A stretch of DNA of 64,000 bases from a virus, in IMG/VR virus record IMGVR_UViG_3300045988_159775. One strand, 5' to 3'. The position numbers were made by a program, and so were the translations under genes. Within the stretch, counting starts at the first letter, position 1. The number at the start of each line of letters is the position of its first letter. The notes beneath the pieces were generated by a model. The model had not been told where the DNA came from. It saw only the letters and a program-made list of their open reading frames with translations, and did not search any database. This document shows positions 60,269 through 64,000 of this stretch, piece by piece.

Positions 60269-61135
60269 TTAGGGTTGTTGATCTACTAAATCGTAATTAA
60301 TCAAAAGCTCAACTTCCTCTACGGTAGGATAGTTGAACTTGTCTTTGTAATTCTTCAAAATTTCTTCGTTGCTTAGGCATTGATCACCTTTTTTGATTTT
60401 TCTTTGAAGCCATATTCCTATGCAATCACCCGGTTGCATCTCTTCGGCAATGATAACACTATTATCTGCCTTTGTAAGCAATTTTCCTAAGTACTCAAAC
60501 CTCGCGCCATCAGACGAGGTATATGAGCACGTTACGGGGGAGTCGTAAACCTCTTCATCTCTTCTTTCAATTCGAAATGTATCTGAGGAAATTCTACGGG
60601 ACGTCCAAGTGTCGCTTTCTTCAAAGGCTTCTTCTATTGCTTCCCAAGTTCCATCTAAACCTCCCTTTTTAGCAATAGCCGTTACGCCCATGGGATTGAA
60701 TATAACTTCCTCCTCAGCGATCATAGGAGTTATTACTTTAACATCCACTCCAGCGCGATAAAACGAAGCGTCATGAAATTGAACGCTAATAGGGGATTGA
60801 TAGCGGTTAGCGATATGTTCCATCATCATGGTATTTTTATCTACCACAACGGCGGCTACCTTAAATTCCGCTAAATTTCCCTCATCGGTTATAACGGACA
60901 GCGTTACGTCCTTTGCCACTTGTTCAAATTCATTTACAAGAGCGAAAGCAAGCGTTTCTGGTACTTTCTTCTCTAAAGTATAAGATGAGATTAGATCAAA
61001 AATCTCATTAATCGCACCATTGGGAACGGGGCTGGAAGAGACGTAACCACCTAAACTTTGATTAACATCATTTTGAGGAGAATCTCCACCGCTTTTTACA
61101 AGTGACGTTTGAGCGCCAGTTAAATATAGCATCAT
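60269..61135 (-). CDS. hypothetical structural protein (tail/baseplate module by position)
   Basis: 288-codon frame; no motif recognised. Confidence 0.5.
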   Translation of the reverse strand: MMLYLTGAQTSLVKSGGDSPQNDVNQSLGGYVSSSPVPNGAINEIFDLISSYTLEKKVPETLAFALVNEFEQVAKDVTLSVITDEGNLAEFKVAAVVVDKNTMMMEHIANRYQSPISVQFHDASFYRAGVDVKVITPMIAEEEVIFNPMGVTAIAKKGGLDGTWEAIEEAFEESDTWTSRRISSDTFRIERRDEEVYDSPVTCSYTSSDGARFEYLGKLLTKADNSVIIAEEMQPGDCIGIWLQRKIKKGDQCLSNEEILKNYKDKFNYPTVEEVELLINYDLVDQQP

Positions 61136-61139
61136 AACT

Positions 61140-62516
61140 TTAAGAATAATTTCTAAGTTCTACAACAGGTTCGTTAATGGTCATTGTCACTTGCGAATCT
61201 CCAATCATTTGCTTTTCTCCGTTCTCGTTGGTAAATTCTGCAATAGAGAATTTCCCCCAAGCCGTTGAATCATTGCCGTTGATCATTCTATAACGGAATC
61301 CCAGCGTAATTTCACCATAAGGAACGGGAATAAGTATTTTGTTCGTTCCGCTTCCTTGAGTTACTGAATGATAGTAAGGAAGCGCGGAAATATTTTCTCC
61401 AGAATACGTAATCATATACTCCAAAGTAGTATAAGGAGGAACAACAATAAAGGACGTTACATCACCCTCTACTACTTCATTATTAAATTGAGGAATTGAA
61501 AGAACCTTATTGGTATTTCCGGATATGACTACTTTTTTCATATTAGCGCGATTTACCAAATACCAACCCTTGAATAATTCATCTGGAATATCGCCCGTAC
61601 CCAAGAAATTACAATATCCCTCTTTAATCAAAAAAGTAGTAGCCGAAGCAGACGAACTTAGTTCAAAAGACGTAATATTGTATGCATGCTCAAACGTTAC
61701 TTCCAAAAGATTACTTTGTATTCTTTGTATTTGTACTAAACTTACAATTTCATCTTGAGTGACGTTATACCCAGTATTGTAAGATTCAGCGTTGAACATA
61801 TATCCGGCGCGCAAATCGGTAACTACTAAACTACCGTTCACAAACTCTGCGGAAGCTAATATGAATTGATCGGAAGTTAACGTTGGCTCATCTTCTTGAT
61901 AAAGAAGTTGTATGTTGTAATAATCCATCTCATAGATCAACTTATTACCCTCAGCAGGTTGAAAACCGGGGGTAAATGCACCTACTACCGAATATTGTAC
62001 GTTGCTTTCTACGCTGAAAGAACCAGCCAGTACGGCGTTCGTATCACTCGTTACGCTAACTACTTCGTAATCCTCTGTATTAAGCGTAGAATTGAACTTA
62101 ACCTTTACGGGGAAATTCGGCTGACCTCTTAATACTGAAAGGAAATTAGTACCAACTCCCACAAGACTTCCATCGGATGCTACGGATACCGTTCCATTTT
62201 CGTAATTAGTCGAAGCGTACTGAAGAACTAACCAACATTTGTTTCCATTATTTTCAATAGTTATCGTGGAAGCGTTCTTCATCACGATTGCCTGCAATTG
62301 CGAATCAAAAGCAATCCCCGGCTGAACGACTACCTGATTGTACAAATAACCGTTCGTGACCTTGTAATAATTATTTTCAGCCGTTTGAACAATTCCAAAA
62401 GTCTTTACTAAACTTTTGATTGCCAACTCATAGCCGTCTTTCTTTAGGAATTGAACTAAGCGATTCAATTCGTTAACTTCTAAAAAAAGATTTGAGCTCA
62501 ATTTTAATTTCGACAT
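61140..62516 (-). CDS. hypothetical structural protein (tail/baseplate module by position)
   Basis: 458-codon frame, first gene of the minus-strand train next to the divergent intergenic region. Confidence 0.5.
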   Translation of the reverse strand: MSKLKLSSNLFLEVNELNRLVQFLKKDGYELAIKSLVKTFGIVQTAENNYYKVTNGYLYNQVVVQPGIAFDSQLQAIVMKNASTITIENNGNKCWLVLQYASTNYENGTVSVASDGSLVGVGTNFLSVLRGQPNFPVKVKFNSTLNTEDYEVVSVTSDTNAVLAGSFSVESNVQYSVVGAFTPGFQPAEGNKLIYEMDYYNIQLLYQEDEPTLTSDQFILASAEFVNGSLVVTDLRAGYMFNAESYNTGYNVTQDEIVSLVQIQRIQSNLLEVTFEHAYNITSFELSSSASATTFLIKEGYCNFLGTGDIPDELFKGWYLVNRANMKKVVISGNTNKVLSIPQFNNEVVEGDVTSFIVVPPYTTLEYMITYSGENISALPYYHSVTQGSGTNKILIPVPYGEITLGFRYRMINGNDSTAWGKFSIAEFTNENGEKQMIGDSQVTMTINEPVVELRNYS

Positions 62517-62589
62517 ATAAAACTTCCTTAATTTATATCAATTTTAGGGTTTTATAGTTGTAATTACAAGGTTACAAAACACTGTAGAT

Positions 62590-62621
62590 CATATATATAT
62601 ATATAATGATAATTATATTTG
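62590..62621 (+). promoter_or_regulatory. candidate plus-strand promoter with -7 box only
   Basis: TATATTTG (62614-62621) matches TAnnTTTG 27 nt upstream of the ATG at 62648. No TTTG lies at -33, where an (AT)7 tract sits (62591-62605). Confidence 0.3.
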
Positions 62622-62647
62622 CTCACAAAACTTAAAAACGCGATATT

Positions 62648-63319
62648 ATGGCAAAAGCATCATGGATTACCCCCAATCCCTCTTCAGGGACGGGTACAAA
62701 AACAGTTTCGGTATCCGCTCAAAATTTTACAGGTAGAGTTAAACGAACTACTACTTTAACAATCACATCTACTAAGGATACATCAAAAAAGGTTACAGTT
62801 ACTGCTAATCAAACTGCAACTGCTGAATTCTTGACTTTAAAAACTTCGGCAGGGGATTCTATTCCAGCTACTGCCGGTATTATTCAATACACTTTTGAAA
62901 GCAACTCAAAATATATTTGTTTAAGAAAGGATTCTGGATATACCGCTTCTAATGTTATTGTTTTCAATATTCCAGAAATACAAACTGGAGGAACTGTAAC
63001 TGGAGTTGATAAAGGTTCATTTATTCTTTATACCATACCAAGTGATTACGGTGCCTCAAGTAAATACACAATTGAAATAGCTATTAGCGTAAAAGCTAAT
63101 GAAACCATTAGTCCTATTACAAGAAAGTTTACTTTAGGTGCGGTTTCAGGAACATCTGAGCCTACGTCCTTTCCAACTACTTTGAGTACTCAGACAACTT
63201 CTGTTCAGGCTGCTAAGGTTGTTACTTTGACGGTATCTCTTACTTCAATAACAATCCCTGCCGCTGGTACGGCTCAAACTATTACTATAACTTCTAATGA
63301 TGCATGGTCAATTTCTTAA
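62648..63319 (+). CDS. BACON-like domain protein
   Basis: ASWITPNPSSGTGTKTVSVSAQNFTGRVKRTTTLTITSTKDTSKKVTVTANQ fits the BACON pattern (W...p.sG.G..tv.v....N.g..R.a.i.v.....k.v.v.Q). A second partial unit lies at the C-terminus (LTVSLTSITIPAAGTAQTITITSNDAWSIS). Confidence 0.6.
   Translation: MAKASWITPNPSSGTGTKTVSVSAQNFTGRVKRTTTLTITSTKDTSKKVTVTANQTATAEFLTLKTSAGDSIPATAGIIQYTFESNSKYICLRKDSGYTASNVIVFNIPEIQTGGTVTGVDKGSFILYTIPSDYGASSKYTIEIAISVKANETISPITRKFTLGAVSGTSEPTSFPTTLSTQTTSVQAAKVVTLTVSLTSITIPAAGTAQTITITSNDAWSIS
63212..63266. repeat. 55-nt exact repeat, copy a (partner 63946-64000)
   Basis: gctaaggttgttactttgacggtatctcttacttcaataacaatccctgccgctg is identical in both BACON-like paralogs; copy b is cut by the window end. 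Confidence 0.9.
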
Positions 63320-63339
63320 TTTCTTAATTTCTTACAATT

Positions 63340-64000
63340 ATGGCTAAACCCAGTTGGTTAGTTCTCGATAAAACATCTGGAACTGGTAATGATACAGTTA
63401 AGGCTTCCACCGCTCAATTTTGGGGACGGGTAAAACGTACCGGAAGTATAGTAGTAATTTCTACTAAAGATACTTCCAAAAAACAAACGGTTAACGTTAC
63501 TAACACTGCTCATGCGGAATTCTTCACTCTTGATGACGATACTGCGGACGTTATTGCATCCGCAACTTACGCTGAGTTTAACTCGGATGCAAGTGGTGAA
63601 GTATTAAATCAAACTAATTGCAAATATCTTTGCGCTAAAGGAGAGGGCGGCATAACTGATATTATTATCAGTTGGAAGTCGGGAACTGTTGGACCTTTGA
63701 ATAAATATAAAGAAATAGATTCGGCTAATGTCACTTCTAATAGTGATGGTAGTAAGACATTTACATTTCCCTCTGATCCGGGTGCAATGGATAGAATTGA
63801 TTTAATTATTAAAGTCATTATTCCGGCTAATGAAACAATTAGTGATAAACATTATACGTTAGAAATTGGAGGTATTTCTTCAGCTAAACCTACAAAACTT
63901 ACAGACGTAGCTGCTACACAAGTTAGTTGTCAAGTTACTCAACGAGCTAAGGTTGTTACTTTGACGGTATCTCTTACTTCAATAACAATCCCTGCCGCTG
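63340..64000 (+). CDS. BACON-like domain protein, paralog, 3' end outside the window
   Basis: The ATG at 63340 opens MAKPSWLVLDKTSGTGNDTVKASTAQFWGRVKRTGSIVVISTKDTSKKQTVNVTN. I translated 220 codons with no stop to the window edge. It is absent from the ORF track, presumably because it is open-ended. Confidence 0.6.
   Translation, partial: MAKPSWLVLDKTSGTGNDTVKASTAQFWGRVKRTGSIVVISTKDTSKKQTVNVTNTAHAEFFTLDDDTADVIASATYAEFNSDASGEVLNQTNCKYLCAKGEGGITDIIISWKSGTVGPLNKYKEIDSANVTSNSDGSKTFTFPSDPGAMDRIDLIIKVIIPANETISDKHYTLEIGGISSAKPTKLTDVAATQVSCQVTQRAKVVTLTVSLTSITIPAA

Noticed and set aside
62591-62605. (AT)7 microsatellite in the divergent intergenic region as a phase-variation switch
   Set aside because: It is a short tract in a very AT-rich spacer. 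It lies where a -33 element would be for the weak plus-strand promoter candidate, but there is no evidence of length variation. It is noted only in the promoter feature.
63312-63335. 8-bp tandem repeat tttcttaa x3 between the two BACON-like genes
   Set aside because: It is very short and AT-rich, spans the stop codon and the 20-nt spacer, and is most simply explained as slippage noise with no evident function.
1-64000. Stop-codon reassignment (TAG or TGA recoding), as seen in some gut Bacteroidota phages
   Set aside because: Large structural and replication genes (up to 1033 codons) are uninterrupted under the standard code, and I saw no family-motif proteins broken by a recurrent in-frame stop.
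1-64000. Prophage or integrative element interpretation
   Set aside because: No integrase, recombinase, att-like flanking repeats or host housekeeping genes were seen. The content is uniformly phage-like across the whole window.

Overview
This 64-kb window looks like part of a large, AT-rich tailed dsDNA phage genome, with no integrase or host genes seen. All calls come from reading motifs by eye; no database or HMM search was run.

Layout: about 62.5 kb is one tightly packed minus-strand gene train. Only the last 1.4 kb switches to the plus strand.

Recognisable content:
- Packaging: a large terminase whose P-loop is interrupted by a Hint plus LAGLIDADG intein.
- Replication and recombination: a DnaE-type Pol III alpha split in two by a GIY-YIG endonuclease gene, DnaQ-like exonuclease, DnaB-like helicase, DnaG-like primase, SF1 and SF2 helicases, FEN, RecA/UvsX-like recombinase, SbcCD/Mre11-Rad50 and a RuvC-like resolvase.
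- Nucleotide metabolism: dUTPase fusion, divergent ThyA-family enzyme, HD phosphohydrolase, DUF1599-like protein and C5-cytosine methyltransferase.
- DNA binding and transcription: an HU-like protein and three sigma-70-like proteins, one of them split at a T7 run.
- Virion: three large tail fibre/spike genes (two beta-helix, one SGNH esterase).
- Window end: two BACON-like tandem paralogs on the plus strand.

Host inference: five intergenic cassettes carry TTTG-N19-TAnnTTTG promoters. Together with the BACON-like domains, this points to a Bacteroidota host.

Most interesting observations:
- the endonuclease-split polymerase, whose N-half tail echoes the catalytic motif;
- a possible thymidine-modification gene set;
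- the repeated terminator/promoter/leader cassette;
- three frame-disrupted genes within 4 kb;
- polyampholyte HeH-motif paralogs.
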